A DNA stretch of 37,814 nucleotides from Phoronis australis (GCA_002633005.1 NMRA01000100.1:579106-616919), one strand, 5' to 3'; numbered from the stretch's first letter, positions 22,838-36,072 are shown. Program-made: numbers and translations. The notes: generated by a model not told the origin, from the letters alone.

Positions 22838-23404
22838 GGGCTGTTCCAGTAAAATATGTATGGGAGGGGGGAAGGCACCTTTTTTCGCACCCACCACCCA
22901 TATTTTTCATTTATTTCTTCAGCCTACCACCCGTAATTTTTTATAAGTTTGAAATGCAACCACCCGTAATTTTTTTTGTTCTTGTGGTTGACTGCACAGA
23001 CGCTTGAGTTTATCTGTTCCTCCATCACCACTAACGTCATTCATTACTAAGAAAACACGTGTTTCTTACATATGGTTATTAGCCATCGAGAAATTCTAGC
23101 ACCTGTGGTTAAATGGTGTTATGGGCATGCCGATGAGGAGATCGGAGGGAGTGAAAAAGTCGGAGTTCTTTGCAAGTTGCATTTTTGTTTCAGTTTTTGA
23201 TTCTGTGCAGATTGTTTATAAAATTTACTAAAATTACCCACCATCAAACATTTATGGCCCAATGAAACAACAACGACCTGTAAATTTTAATTTTTTTGAA
23301 GTACGACCACCAGCCATTTTGAATTTAAGTCAAACGCAACAACCCATAAATTTTTATTTCAGTTGCCTTCCCCCCCTCCCACACAGATTTTTCTGGAACA
23401 GCCC
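22838..23404. mobile_element. PIF/Harbinger-type MITE (567 bp)
   Basis: TAA TSD at 22835-22837 and 23405-23407. TIRs of about 40 bp starting GGGCTGTTCCAG and ending CTGGAACAGCCC. Subterminal ACCACCC repeats. Confidence 0.85.
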
Positions 23405-24099
23405 TAATTTATTTATTTTTTAAACTGAGTTTTGGGTATTTGTGTGAAACATTGATGTTGAGTGCAAGACCAAATCTCTGTAGCCAGAGCCTTGGAAGGA
23501 AAATGGTAAAATGTTATTACATGTGTCATGTCAGCTGTGTTTTCTTTCACAGAGTCACATGTGTGCATAATGAGGGTGCTTAACTGGATTTCCAAAACTG
23601 TCTTTATAAGAAATACTCACAGGCATAAGCAAAATGCAGGTGACAGGTTGCTTCTTATAGATCTTTTCAGTGTAGTGGACACTCCTTAGCATCTGCCACA
23701 GGTACACCCTGATGACAATCACAGCTGGTGATACCCACCACTCCAGTGAGTATGGACACAGCAAGTTGAATACAATGCCCTCATCCTCAGATATACTTAT
23801 GTGAGGCTGAAAAAAATCAAACCACATTAATTTTGAGTTGTAGTTTAAACATGACCTCAACATGAAGGGGAATGTTGTTTTCATAGCTGCAAACTGGTTG
23901 TTGTTCTTCAAAAAGCCAGTGGTCCATTATTAATGAAGTTTTAATTAATGAAGTTTTAAGACAGTATAATTTTCAGCATTTTATGTGGCATATTTTAGTG
24001 ATACATAGCAAATGTATTTTATTACAGGTTTTCAGTTTTGTTACCTATAAAGCTTGTGTGATTACTGATGAAAGAAAACAATAAGAATGACTTGATAAC

Positions 24100-25000
24100 A
24101 CAAAAGTTATGTAGAATCGGTTCTATTGCGTTAAGAAACGAGAGTTCCAAGCATACCTGCATGTGAAGAGACCGAACATCAATTGCCACCTAAGCCTATT
24201 CCTCTGCACATGGCTCAGTACTCCAATCATGTTGTCTCTGTTGCTTGAGTATTGTTATTGTTGGTGAACTGGTGATGCACATTACGGTGAACCTTTAAAA
24301 ACATTGTAATCACATAAAATGCCAATCTGAGCAGTACATAGATAACATTGATCAATACATTCCATAGGATACACATTTTCGCAAAAGTATGAGTGTACCA
24401 GAAATTGAAACTTCAGTGTTCTACCTGTTTCCAGACTAATTAAGTTTATTTCCTTTGTTAACTTGCCAATACCGATGCTAGAAGTCTGTAACAGCTGACA
24501 TTCAAGGAGGATAGATGATTTTCGAAGCACCCTTTAGGCCCTCTGCCATGTAAACTGATGGATTGTGTTCTTGATAAAGTGAGTCTGCAAGGGCCTAGTT
24601 GCACACTCAAAGTCCAAGAAAGAGTATATTAATTAAAAGCAAGCACTGTCATTAACCTTCCCCTGTCCCTAGCCCTTTATTTACCCAATCGAGACCATAC
24701 CACTGATAATACAAGATGTAACCTGCTCGACCTTTATTAATGCTACTACTGATCTGCCTTTGGCTTATACCTTTTGCCTTTGAGGAGGTCCCATACATAG
24801 TATATTGTTCTGTAATGATGTGACCACTCCCAGTGTCCTGCAATTTGAGAACCAGATTTCTTCACTGAATAACAGGCATCAACTTGTTGCATCCCATTCC
24901 CAACCATGGTTTTGTATGATCTCACTATTCTCGCAACAAGCTTCAGCCTACCGGCACTTCCCAAGTTTGCTTGCATTTAATCCGAGGATTCATCGCTGAT
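24100..25000 (-). mobile_element. Very decayed L2/CR1-group LINE 3' region
   Basis: Motif remnants occur in the expected order across several frames: NGMQ, RTLGVV, KAKG, SVVWSRL, LH(W), AWNS. Confidence 0.4.
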
Positions 25001-25040
25001 CCAGTGGGTTGTGTTCAAGTGGACTAGCTAGCTGACTAGT

Positions 25041-25465
25041 CAGTGGTGGATTTAGAGGGGGGCTATGGCCTCCCTAAAATTCTCACAGTTCCCATTTGGC
25101 AGTTCGGGGGTGCAAATGTTTGGTGAACTAAATCCTGGCCAATACTCTGCCCTGTTCCCCCAACTCAAAATCCTGGATCTGCCCCAGGGGCGAATCCAGT
25201 ATTTTGAGTTAGGGGGGCCAGGGCACAGGAATAACCAGAATTTTGCGACATGCGCGAGCCCAGCCTGATGTAGGAATGCGGGGGTGTCGAATTTTTGGGT
25301 TTGTGGATCTTATTACTAAAAAACATAAACGGTAAACAGGGTTTGTTCAAGGTGCATGTGCTAATCAGCAATTTGCACCCCGAACTGCCAAATGGTATCT
25401 GGGAGAATTTTAGGGGGGCCATGGCCCTCTTGCCCCCCCTCCTTAAATCCTCCAATGTGCCCCTG
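25041..25465. mobile_element. Composite CAG...CTG MITE with a 5-bp TSD (CTAGT), hAT5-like
   Basis: CTAGT at 25036-25040 and 25466-25470. About 60-75 bp of inverted repeat (25041-25097 vs about 25371-25457). Internal terminus-like junction CTGGATCTGCCCCAGGGGCGAATCCAG. Confidence 0.75.
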
Positions 25466-26059
25466 CTAGTACAATATACAAGTAGAGTGTGTATATAGAG
25501 TCCCTGGTGATAGACGATGGTTTTCTTATGGCAATGAAAAACCACGAATGGTTTTGCAATTCAAGTCCAAAGTCTGAAAACTGCCAGCAGGTAGAAATTC
25601 AACTCACGACCATCGAGTGACAAACAGGGTCTATCCAACCACAATAACATTACACTCCATTGATAGGGCTAGGGCTATCCTTGGTACAAATCTGTATACT
25701 AAATATACTACCCTGGCTGTGTGAATTTCGGGCTCTATTGAAGAAAAACACACAGTGGTACCTAGCTGTATTTTGATACCGCTAGCTGGCTGGGTACCAC
25801 TGCAGACTCCCTCGACTCGATCACAACGATTACTATCAAATTGAGTACGTAATTTTCCCACAGGTAATGGTTTCATCTAATTCTAAGAGTAATAGTTAGA
25901 CTGTTCAGCTCATACAGGGAGCAATATCGTCATCAAAATGTTCAAGAAACGAATAAATTACCTGGTTAAGGCGAACTTCTCTTCTTCGGAGCAGTACCGG
26001 AAACAGCTGATTAGTTGCCGAAAGGTCAAACCGCACAGCATTATGGGCAACATTCGTTT

Positions 26060-27190
26060 GTTTTGATCACGCAGATTTTAAGAAAATAAAAAATAAAAGA
26101 AAAAATATGTACAGGCAGCAGATCGACCCCATACTTACGAAAAGTTCTAATTAAGTGTCAGAGAGTATGTTTCAATGGTTTTTATGCAGATTCACGATGT
26201 TTTTAAAACGTCTACAAAGGGATCATATGACTTTAAAGTTTACACATTCTTAAGTGAAACATGGGAAACAGTATATCTGCTTCCATTAAGAGACGCACGT
26301 TACTTTGAGATTTCACACTGATCGGATAAGAAATTCATTCTCTAGCAGATATAAACAAAGATATCTGGAAAGCAACATTTCTGGAGAAAAATCATTTCTC
26401 CAAGTAAAAACAAACTTCACAACAAAGCAGCACACTAGTAGAAGATTCATTTGGCCAAGTATTAATGAAGATTGATGAGAATGAAAATTGTCGACCGAGA
26501 AACAGGACATAGGACGTAAAAGTAACCAGTGGAGGCGAGCATATCCGGAATATTTTCATTAGCTATTTTGTTACCGACATATTCTGTTAATTTCTTTCAG
26601 ACGGCGGTCACAAGCACTGCAGACAAATTCATGACCCCAATGGGATGTTATACCGATGGGGAAAACGACGCACAAAGAACGGCTTCTACTGTCAGCGCTG
26701 GGACAAGGATACTCCGCATGAAACCGATTTAAATGATGAGTTTCTTCCCAGTAAGTTTTCATATCTTTTTGCACAGCAAAAACAATTCGTTCTATTCCTG
26801 AATTTGCCCATAAGTTAAAGTCCTTAAGCTGAGGACTAGACAAACACTGTACGTAAATTTCATGTCGATCAGACGAAACTAGTCAATAAAAGAACAGTCT
26901 CTTAAAAAGTAAATTTCGAATATCTGAAGAACAGTAGTAGACGAAAAACGTGTTTCAGGATGCAGATAACGCTTGAAAAGTCCTATCCACATACCAAATT
27001 TTGAAAAGATCCGTCAAGAGTCGCCAAAGATAAGGCACAATACTCAATTGGAAAGCAGTTCCAGGAAAATCTCGAATAACACGAGAACGATAAGTCCAAA
27101 CTGCACGCATACGCCATAGTTTGTAATACGATCCATCCACAGAAAAAAAAAACTCAGCGGAGCTACGGCTCTGCTTACCAAAGCCGTGAA
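26060..27190 (-). mobile_element. Unclassified CpG-rich repeat, possibly Helentron/DINE-1-like non-autonomous element
   Basis: Composition differs from the flanks. Short terminal hairpin (CAGCGGAGCTACGGCTCTG) beside an A tract, and ACCAAATTT / AAATTTCAT..GATC motifs typical of such elements. Ends not defined. Confidence 0.3.
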
Positions 27191-27601
27191 AAATGCCACC
27201 ACACTGTCACGTTGCGTCCGACCAAAATAGCCTCCGATTTATTTAAGAGTTTCGATATGTGAATTCCGCGTTGTAGCAGGACAGCATAAAACAACAAACA
27301 AAGAAGCAAACAAATAAAACGTTTATTTCAAAACTCATAGGGCCATTGACTTACAGTTTAACATGTTAATATACAAACAGTATAATCTTGCACTATCATC
27401 AAATACGCATAATTTCGCTTCTAATTACCATTACTAGTTGAATGAAGGATGTAGTATTTCTTAAAACATACATAGAATCTGAACCTAAGAGTGCCTTATT
27501 GTTACTATTTCTAACAATTCATTGTTGTAATAGATATTTCCGAAGGTCTGCAAGGACAGGGTAATAAAATAAAACGTGTATCTCTGTTTCAATTTCATCG
27601 G

Positions 27602-27874
27602 TGAGGATGTCTTGTTGATAATGTCAACGACAGCACGGTTGTCACACAGGAAGAGGATCTTGTGGTTGGCGAGCTTTGAACCCCACAGTTCTAGCGCTAT
27701 GACAATCGGAAGGAGTTCCTTGAAGGTGATGTGATGGTGTTGCAGGTGCTCGGGCCACGGGCAGGCAAACCAGGAGGCTCCCAATGTCGCAGCAAAATCC
27801 CCGTTGGAGCCCGCAGCATCAGAGTACAGTTTGATGGTGTCTGAAGATGTCCACTCGTCGAATAGGAACAGTGT
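27602..27874 (-). mobile_element. DIRS/Ngaro-type retrotransposon RNase H fragment
   Basis: LYSDAAGS..FAATLGASWF..W...ITFKELLPIVIALELWG..LANHKILFLCDNRAVVDIINKTSS, with the D-E-D catalytic residues of YR-retrotransposon RNase H. Confidence 0.85.
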
Positions 27875-30800
27875 NAGCAAAACCCCCGTTGGAGCCCGCA
27901 GCATCAGAGTACAGTTTGATGGTGTCTGAAGATGTCCACTCGTCGAATAGGATTGTTTATCACCTGACTGCAATTACATAACCAAACAAGGGTGGCACAT
28001 TGAAAGTGGTATCGCTTTTCATTTTAATAAAAAAATCAGAACCTCTCGGAGTTGAGTTGTAACAAGTGATCATGTGATTTGCAAACATTATTTTGCAATG
28101 CTTGTCATAATATAACAATTAGAAATGAAACAAAAACTTATAGTTTTATTCATTGTTCTTTAACTTACTCTGGTTTTTGCCGCCACCCATGTGGAATGAG
28201 TACATGTTCTTGGCTGAAGATGAATGCAGTGACTTTGATGTGAGGAAAAGTCATGAAAGCACTTGGGTGACTTTAGCTCCATTTCACTCACATTTTGTGA
28301 CCATTAAGTTTACTATTGGAAAGTAAAGCATGAACTGTTTAAGCCACTGTTTCCATGTCATATACATGTTTCACATTTCAGTGTTTCCTATAGTAGCTAA
28401 CACTATTTGCGGCACTGTCACAATATCACATGTACATTGACGAGTGTGGACAGTAGCCAAAAACATGTATGCCTGAGGTATCCCCACGGCAGTCGAAGAC
28501 TGGAGCACAAAACATTCAGGTATCATCCCTATATTGCTATAGAAACTTGATTCAGCTACTGTAAAATCGAACTATAAACCATGGTCATGCCAAACCTGCC
28601 ATGGTTCGAATGGTTAGTTGTGGTTAATTAACTATCACACACTTTCTCAGCATTTAAACCTTTACAAGTGTCACTTTCATTAGTGCTTTGTTCACAGTTT
28701 GAGTTAAAATACCTTTAAAACTGCTGAGGTCTTTGTTTGCACTTTTGTAGCCAGATTGCTAACTTCAAAACCCACTCATGGGCAGGAAAAAGCCTTTGTT
28801 CATTGGTGCATCAATTACTTCATGGCACTGTATGGATGCGTTTTGACATCAGTTTTCACTTAAAAGTGACTCAAAAGTGACTCGGGACTGGTTAAGAACT
28901 AACTGTCTTTTGCGGATAGCCAATGCCCGTCTGACATGTGAATTCGGAAGTATTCAGTATCCAATTGGCAAACAATATTTATTTTAACTGTTTGTAGTGA
29001 ATTATATGTATGTATAAAACTCTTTCTTCAGTTACTTAAGAAATAAGTCTGTCTTAAATGATCAAAGTGATATTGGGTTCAATTATTGAACCATAATGTA
29101 AAAGTTTGTGAGTTTGGGCACTGTCTAAAATTTGGGACATTGAAATTCAAGCCAGAATTGAATTTCCTTGATTCTTAATAATAGGACATAAACAATTTTG
29201 GCTTTCATAATCGTATTTCTCAAATATTAGACACTGCATATTGTATAAACGAGAGTCTGAGAATATCTATGTTGCCGGCACAATTCTGTCACCGAAAAGA
29301 CATCAGACTGCATCGCATGGACTCTCTTTCATGTTGGAAATATTTTACTGACAGGGCAACGCTTTCATGTGTCTCTGTTGAGTGAAACACTGAGGTAACT
29401 CATAATGTGTTTTGGTAGTGATAGAGCAGCCGGAAAATCCTCCCCTCATTGTGGGGTTGGTTGAAATTCCTGAGTAAACTACATGCCTTTATTTGGCCAG
29501 TAACATGTGATTTCATGCTAATACACATTAGCTGATGGCATTAAGAAAAGGAAAGTTTTTACTTCAAAATTACATCTATTTTCCACAAGATTTATCGGGA
29601 ACTTTTTAAGACCACCACATTAGGATCAATGCCCAATGGTGGTTATACCATCCTCAAACACACATGTGTTACAAGTTATGTATCCATGTTCGTTAAAAAC
29701 GAATTGTAGAAAGAGTATATTGTAGCAATCGAACGTTGTTAATAAACGACAGGTACGTTACAATGCTACTCGATTGTGCTTTTCCTGAATCTTCTAATTC
29801 AGTAGATATGGGTTGACTAAACAGACTTGTCGAAAAAGTCACTTGTATTGTACTGTATAAACTTAACATCGCGATGTTATTCAATTGTAAATTTGGTCGC
29901 TGAAAAAAGTTGCAAGGCATCTCACCATTCATATAAAAGTAGTTCCATTGCCAGACCAGGCGTAATTATGTTTATTGCTCCCACAACTGTAATTATCATG
30001 TTTATTGCTCCCACAGCAAGTGGGTAATGAACTATTGAAATCACTGAAAAAGCGTGTCAAGTTTATAGTCCCTGTTAAACCCCTGAGATTCTATCACAAT
30101 CATTTCGGGTTATGTGACCCTTTTTTCATTGATTGTAATTGTTGAATTTGGAATGGCCAATATTGCACATTTCTGAAATTCAGCACATGTTAAAACCTTG
30201 GGCTAAATAATTAATTACAGTGACTCAAACTGGAGATTTTTTACTATTATTATATATGGTAAAATTTCACAATTTAGAACACAAAATTGGTGGAAAACAA
30301 TTTTATTCTTCATAAAGAGATGTACCAAATTCATGTTTTTCTGTGTTCAGTGTCATACCTACCACCAGACAGTAGGCACTTAGAAGCCTCTGATGGAAAA
30401 ATGAGAAAGGTCAATTATTTTTTACTATTATTTTTGTCTGAAATTGGTGTGATAGTGCCATGGGTAAGCTAAGGTTACTGGCTCAGTATTGTTTCCTCAT
30501 CCAAGTGTTTTCAAACATGGTGGTCGTTAGATATGTATTGGGTCTAATGAATACACTGGTTGCTGGATTATTCAGTGCTCAAGTCCCTGACAAACTTGAA
30601 AATATCACTTGTAAATAATTGTGTGGTGGCTCTGCACTTGTTAACTAGGGGTTTAGTCAATATCTATGAAAGTGTGCAAAGAAAACATAGATCACATTCT
30701 GTATGAAGGGCTACTTAAATTCAACTGGAGTGTCATTTGGAAATTGTGCAGAGAATTTCGACAATAATACAAGACCTTCCAAAAACTAAGACAAGACAGG

Positions 30801-31116
30801 ATTTGCGACTGCCATTTGTATGATAATGTGGAAATGCAATCGGCAGTCAGCAAGTAATAAAAGTTTTTCAGATGTCATTTAAGTTATTGTGATTTCAGTT
30901 AATAGTCCAAAAATCGAATACCCAACTGTTGATTTTGCTTGCTGAAAAGAACTGTGAAGGCTATTTTCACAAAAAATAGGTTAAATCTTATGAGAATTTA
31001 TCCCTAACTTAAAATATAAAATATATAACGTGTATCTAGAAAAAAAAAGAAATAACAGAACCACCTTGGAATGGCATGGAAATTTGTTACAGGGCTGTCA
31101 CTCAATTCAAATCTCC

Positions 31117-32087
31117 CAATCAATCAATCAATCAATCTCCTTATTTATAGTCAGTTTGACATAACAGACAAACACTAGCCAAAGGCTAATATCACCGACT
31201 GTGAATAATAACATAAAAAGCATAAATAATAAAATAATGAACAATAAAATAATGATAAAACAAAACACATGACAAGATGAGAAAAAGCACATATTGATGA
31301 GATATCATGAAAGTATGGCATACACACACATTCACATACACACCAGATATAAAATCTGCATACCCCGCACCTGCATGGGGGTTCTATCCAAGATTTAATG
31401 GAATTCTTAAAAAGTTTATAGTCCATGAACTTGGACTCATTTGGAAGAGAGTTCCAGAGCTTAGCGCCGTACACTGATAAAGAGTTTGAACCTTGGCGCA
31501 CTGTTTGACATTGTTTCACACGTAGCACAGATTTATTTCGCACTTTGTAATGAGACGCTTTTTCCTCAAAGAGGTCCCACATGAGAGGGGGTGGCAAGTG
31601 ATGATATGATTTCTATACCTCTAGAAGGATCGCGCACTTTCTAGACAGTTCAAGGGTCGGGAGATCTGCTCTAGCAAGGAGTTCAGTGTAGCTCGCATTC
31701 CAGTCCTGATACACAAATCTGAGTGCTCTGAACTACAGGTGCTCGACTTTGCAGTGTTCGTTACGCCGCAGAAATGCCACACTAAGTTACAGTAACTAAA
31801 GTGTGACAGCACAAAACATCTAAAAATAGCCATCCGTGACACATGGTCAAGCTGTCCTGACAGCTGAGCCGCAGCCTTCCGGCAGAGAACTGCGCTGTGC
31901 AAAACTTAGCTGTTTGTCCAAAGTGACACTCAGCAATACCACGGTGTCTTCAGAGGATATGATATCACCTCCGATACGGAATCTAGTGGCACTGCCGCCA
32001 TTTAACATAATGGCCTGAAACTTGAATGAGATGGCCTCCATCATATTATCCCAGTCTTTATGACCTCGGCCCTGGAGTCTCTGATGA
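31117..32087 (-). mobile_element. 5'-truncated CR1/L2-group LINE (ORF2 C-terminus, 3' UTR, (ATTG)n tail)
   Basis: Motifs DNMMEA..KFQAI, LLSVTLDKQLSF, CRKAAAQL, FVLSHFSYCNLVWHFCG and SLSVYGAKLWNSLP, with frameshifts. (CAAT)n at 31117-31137 on the + strand. Confidence 0.9.
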
Positions 32088-32640
32088 CGGATACAGAGCA
32101 GCTTTGTATGTACCCTCAATCCTTTCATTTACCGAGTTGCCATAATATTGAGTCAACGAGGTGTGATAGAACGGTGCCGGTAGTTTTGATCATGATGGAG
32201 TTGTGCATTTACATACATGCTACCGTTGAGAATGAACTCTGAGTTGCCTCACCCCTCTGTGGTCACAAACACAGCAAGTTGTGGAAAGAGATAAATCCTC
32301 ACACAAATTTCTTAATTCGATAGGCAATTTGACATTTCACTGTTTTGATCTCATGCTAATGACGTGCTTTAACCATCGACTCAATTTTTGTTATCTATTT
32401 TTTACGTGGTTTTGTATCAGTCTCCCCGGCCACTGCGTGGCGCGTATAACAATGAATTGTTGACCAACGTTTAAGTCGGTCAAACAACAGAAACTGTTGT
32501 TCCCACCTCTTGGCTGGGAATTGTACGTTTTAACAATAACTAAGTTAATTACGCAACACAAATTCAGTTGGCATTGCAAGTGAATGTTGAAATAGGTAAC
32601 ATGGTTAAGGCATATACAGGTTATACTGACAGAAAACAAG
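32088..32640 (+). mobile_element. Internal fragment of the Kolobok-type family seen at 16029-17440
   Basis: Aligns by eye with about 16262-16840. Confidence 0.75.
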
Positions 32641-34530
32641 TATAGGAAAATGTTGAGACCAATTTTAAAGCGGAAAGGGGTCTAAATAAAAATTAATTCA
32701 CGGAATGTGTGTATATTGCCACTTTAACTTCATAACCTGAACCACATGTTGGTACTGCAGCTGTGTTAGATTGACAAACACTGAACTCAACTGAATTTGA
32801 ATGTGCATCACGGATAGGGTGAAATCTCAACAATATGGCAGATGTGAAATTTTAGTCTTTTTTCGTAAAAGACGAGTTGCACAAATAAATCATTTCCAAA
32901 TTCTGTGACATAGTTACTGTCAGACGATGCTTTCAGAAACTGTGGGCAGTCACAGCAACGTTGGATTTTTTTCAAAAATGAAAGAATGCCAATTTTTAGC
33001 CACTATTTTATTTCAAGATTTGCAAGATTTCACAGTTCATGCTTGTAGGATCATAAAAACCCTTGAATTAAAATTTTGTCTGGTTTTAGTTAGCACTCTA
33101 TCCCAGTCATGGAGTATATCATCTTTCCTTAATTACAGGCAGTAATGCTCAGCTGTTATGGGATGCTTTGGTGAGCCTCAAGGGTTGTTAGTGACGTCCT
33201 AGCATAGATGAGTCATAATAACAAGTGGGCATACTTTGACATAACTCTAGGGCCTAAATGTCCCAATGCATCAAGTCAGTTCTCAGACTCCATCTCAGAC
33301 TTCAAGACTGTCTATACTTTTGTAAAGTGTTGTAATTGATAAGGTTTACATTTGATATCAATCTTATGATTGTCGGATGGTATTAATATTGGTAAGATAA
33401 AACTTTAATAGTTTTTCTGTTGCATCTTTTCCTTGAAAAATTGAGTATGTAATATTATGTTGCGATTCTTGGCTGTCTCAAGTAGAGTTGAATGTTTTTG
33501 AGACTTCTAACTACAAATTCACATGCCATGACACTACAGATACACTTGTTGACTGCTTGGGTATTTTTACATTATGAATGTCTTATTAACCACAACCAGA
33601 CAACTTAAGCCAACCGTTAATTCTGATAAATAAGCTTCAAAACTAAATTTACCTTTAATGATCATGAGTCAAGTGACTACAACATAATGAGGTTACCAAG
33701 ACTGTGTTTCATAAATATGAGATTTGAGAATCTCTGAGCAAAATTATTGTGGTCATGTGCTTCCCTTGTAGTGTATGGAAATATCTCAGAGTCTTGCTTG
33801 ATATTGCATTTTTGCGTGGTATTCGTGTCAAGAGAATGCTAACGTGCTCTCTACTGTCACAATCATACACGGTTTAAATAACTTGTAATTAGATTCTCTT
33901 CACCTTAAAAAATACCTGCATGTAGTCAGAACAGTTTCATTTGCTTCTAAGATAATTCTTGGTACTAGTGTTGCGTGTGTTAAAAAACTTGCTTTTGGGA
34001 ACTAAGTTCTTAGTAGTGCATGTTGAGACCTGTTGGAGTCTTCATATTGTGTCTTACTTCAGCTAAAAGTTTGCACATTTAGGACCTTTATTGATAGCAA
34101 ATTTAGACTTACTATTGATTCCTTATTTGTCATGAGATAATCTGTCCTTGTGTTAAACTGTATATACTGACGAGAGGAGTGAGACAGTTTAAAACCAAAA
34201 TCATTGATCTTTAAGATCATATTGATATTGTTCACTTTGTACTTTGTGCAGTTTTACTTGGTTTTTGTCGCTGGTAAGGACAACATTTTTATCACCTTCT
34301 TAATATAATTTGTTTGTTTTAGTGCCACGTATTAATTATGTACTAAATGAACCAAGTTGCGTGCAAAAGGATTGTGTTGTGCACTATACTTGTGATTACC
34401 ATTTCTCACAACTGCTTTCATTTTGTGGTTTAAAGAAATTAACTGTGTTATTCACATGTACTTTCTAGTTCTGTTAAATTGCCATCCCTGTTTTATAGTG
34501 TGTCAATACTAGTTATTGATTTAATTGTTG

Positions 34531-34755
34531 TTTTTTTTTTAATTTATAAAGGAAACATGCTTTAGCTAAAGGCTAATATACAGCATGGTCCTCACCAGGT
34601 TCTCATTCACTCCCTTCTACACATTCACAAGTAAGACCGAGCTCAGAGGAATAGGGGACATCTTTGTACAATGCTCAAATGTCAGCCAATGAAGCCACCC
34701 TGAGGTCTCTCATGCGAGAGTCCGGAGCTCTAACCACTAAGCCATACTGTCTCCT
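34531..34755 (-). mobile_element. tRNA-derived SINE with a LINE-type 3' stem-loop and poly(A)
   Basis: A box TGGCTTAGTGG (34734-34744) with D-arm-like context; B box decayed. The tail TATTAGCCTTTAGCTA resembles the LINE end at 31175-31192. A-tail at 34531-34540. Confidence 0.65.
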
Positions 34756-34809
34756 CTTTGAGTCATAGAATGAATATTATATCATTTCTTGATAATTGTG
34801 TCTATGCTC

Positions 34810-35040
34810 AATACTCTTATTAATTTCAATTTAATAATTATTTTTATTCTTATTATGATTATAGTAATAATTAGTATTATAGTTATAGTTATTGTATTTA
34901 TTATTGTTATTATAGATATTATAGCTTTTATTGTAGTAATTGTTATAACATTAATAATAGTAATAGTAATAGTGATAATAATATTATTGTTACTATTATA
35001 TCTAGTAATATTATTTTATCTTTATCATTTTTATCATGAT
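34810..35040. repeat. Degenerate AT-rich trinucleotide low-complexity tract
   Basis: ATT/ATA/GTA triplets; explains the Ile/Val-rich ORF. Confidence 0.9.
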
Positions 35041-35569
35041 TAATTGTCGATTTGTCATACGTTGTTCGTACCTCAGCTTTTCATTTATTTCTCTACTTTG
35101 ATTGATTCACCCCTTGTTGGTAATATGGTGTAAGTGATGAAAATCATTCTCATCCTGCCAGTGCAGCGCCCCTTTATGTCATACACTCATTATCACTAAC
35201 ATGCTGAATGAGTGCACAAGTGAGTGTAGTGAGGTCAAGAGAAAGGTGATTCTGACCTGCTTATGCACCTCGTCATTGTGTTTTGTACAAACACTCAGGT
35301 AAGAGCTTGCCTATTGTTATCTCATGCAGCTCATCCTTTATAAATAACTGTCTGACAGTTATTTATGTCTGTATTTTTGTATGTGTTATGGAGTCTGCCA
35401 TCCAGCTGGAGGGTTACTCCCATACCAGGTAACATACATGGCATGCTGCTCAGATAGGTGACTTTTTCTAACCACTTTCCCTCCTTTTTCTACACAAGTT
35501 CCTGAAGGGTTCACTCCATGGGTAATAAGAACTTTCTACTCAGTAGGCTGTGTGTTTTACAGCAGTAGT

Positions 35570-35980
35570 CAAAAGGAGTTTGTCTTATGGCCAGTTGGGT
35601 TTTAAAGACTGAAGTTCAAGGTCCAAGTATTACAAAATAGAGCCGCCAGGGCTATCCTAGGTGCTAGAACTAGGGACACCCGGGTCGACGACTTGTATTC
35701 CAAGCTTGGACTTTTGAAAATGAAACAAAGAAATAAATATCTCTGCCTGTTGCATGTACAGATGTGTCAAAGTCTTTACTCCGAGATATCTCGGCAGTCA
35801 AACTACACACTCTACATGTTCTCCTGTTGCTGGTAATTATTTTTTTATAAAACTTAAAACCGACAGTGGCAAGAGATCGTTTATCTATGCTGGTACTGCA
35901 ATATAGAATTCTCTTAGCATAGCAATTAAACGACCTGATTCAATTAATACTTTCAAAGTTAATATTAAAAGATGGCTGTC
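35570..35980 (+). mobile_element. Decayed CR1/L2-group LINE ORF2 C-terminal fragment
   Basis: VQVLQNRAARAILGA...DDLYSKLG and KTDSGKRSFIYAGTAI*NSL. Confidence 0.8.
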
Positions 35981-35989
35981 TCTATGGGG

Positions 35990-36072
35990 CTATGCGACGA
36001 ATTCTCCTCACGGTGTCGCTGCGATTGAATTGCGCATGCGTCGCTGTGTACATGTAAACAGCTGGTAAAAAG
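35990..36072 (+). promoter_or_regulatory. Candidate CpG-rich proximal promoter with an NRF1-like site
   Basis: CpG cluster with TGCGCATGCG at 36031-36040, just upstream of the ATG at 36073. Confidence 0.35.

Noticed and set aside
23555-23911. 118-aa ORF with EDEGIVFNLLCPY, reminiscent of a LINE zinc knuckle or the carotenoid oxygenase EDDG motif
   Set aside because: The surrounding conserved residues are missing and no splice support was seen on that strand.
27791-27951. 76-bp direct repeat in the RNase H fragment
   Set aside because: Straddles the N at 27875; most likely a contig-overlap artefact.
12752-30185. miRNA seed-like matches (miR-200/141 near 12753, miR-34 near 15918, miR-71 near 17476, miR-279 near 17791, miR-92 near 30161)
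   Set aside because: Only 8-10 nt match, the 3' halves diverge, and none sits properly on the arm of a pre-miRNA-length hairpin.
34789-35043. Ile/Val-rich hydrophobic ORF
   Set aside because: Low-complexity AT-rich triplet repeat.
35162-35298. Possible internal exon (open frame between CAG and CAG|GTAAGA), overlapping a GTGATGA...CTGA pair
   Set aside because: No recognisable protein similarity, no partner exons and no snoRNA terminal stem; could be chance or an old repeat.
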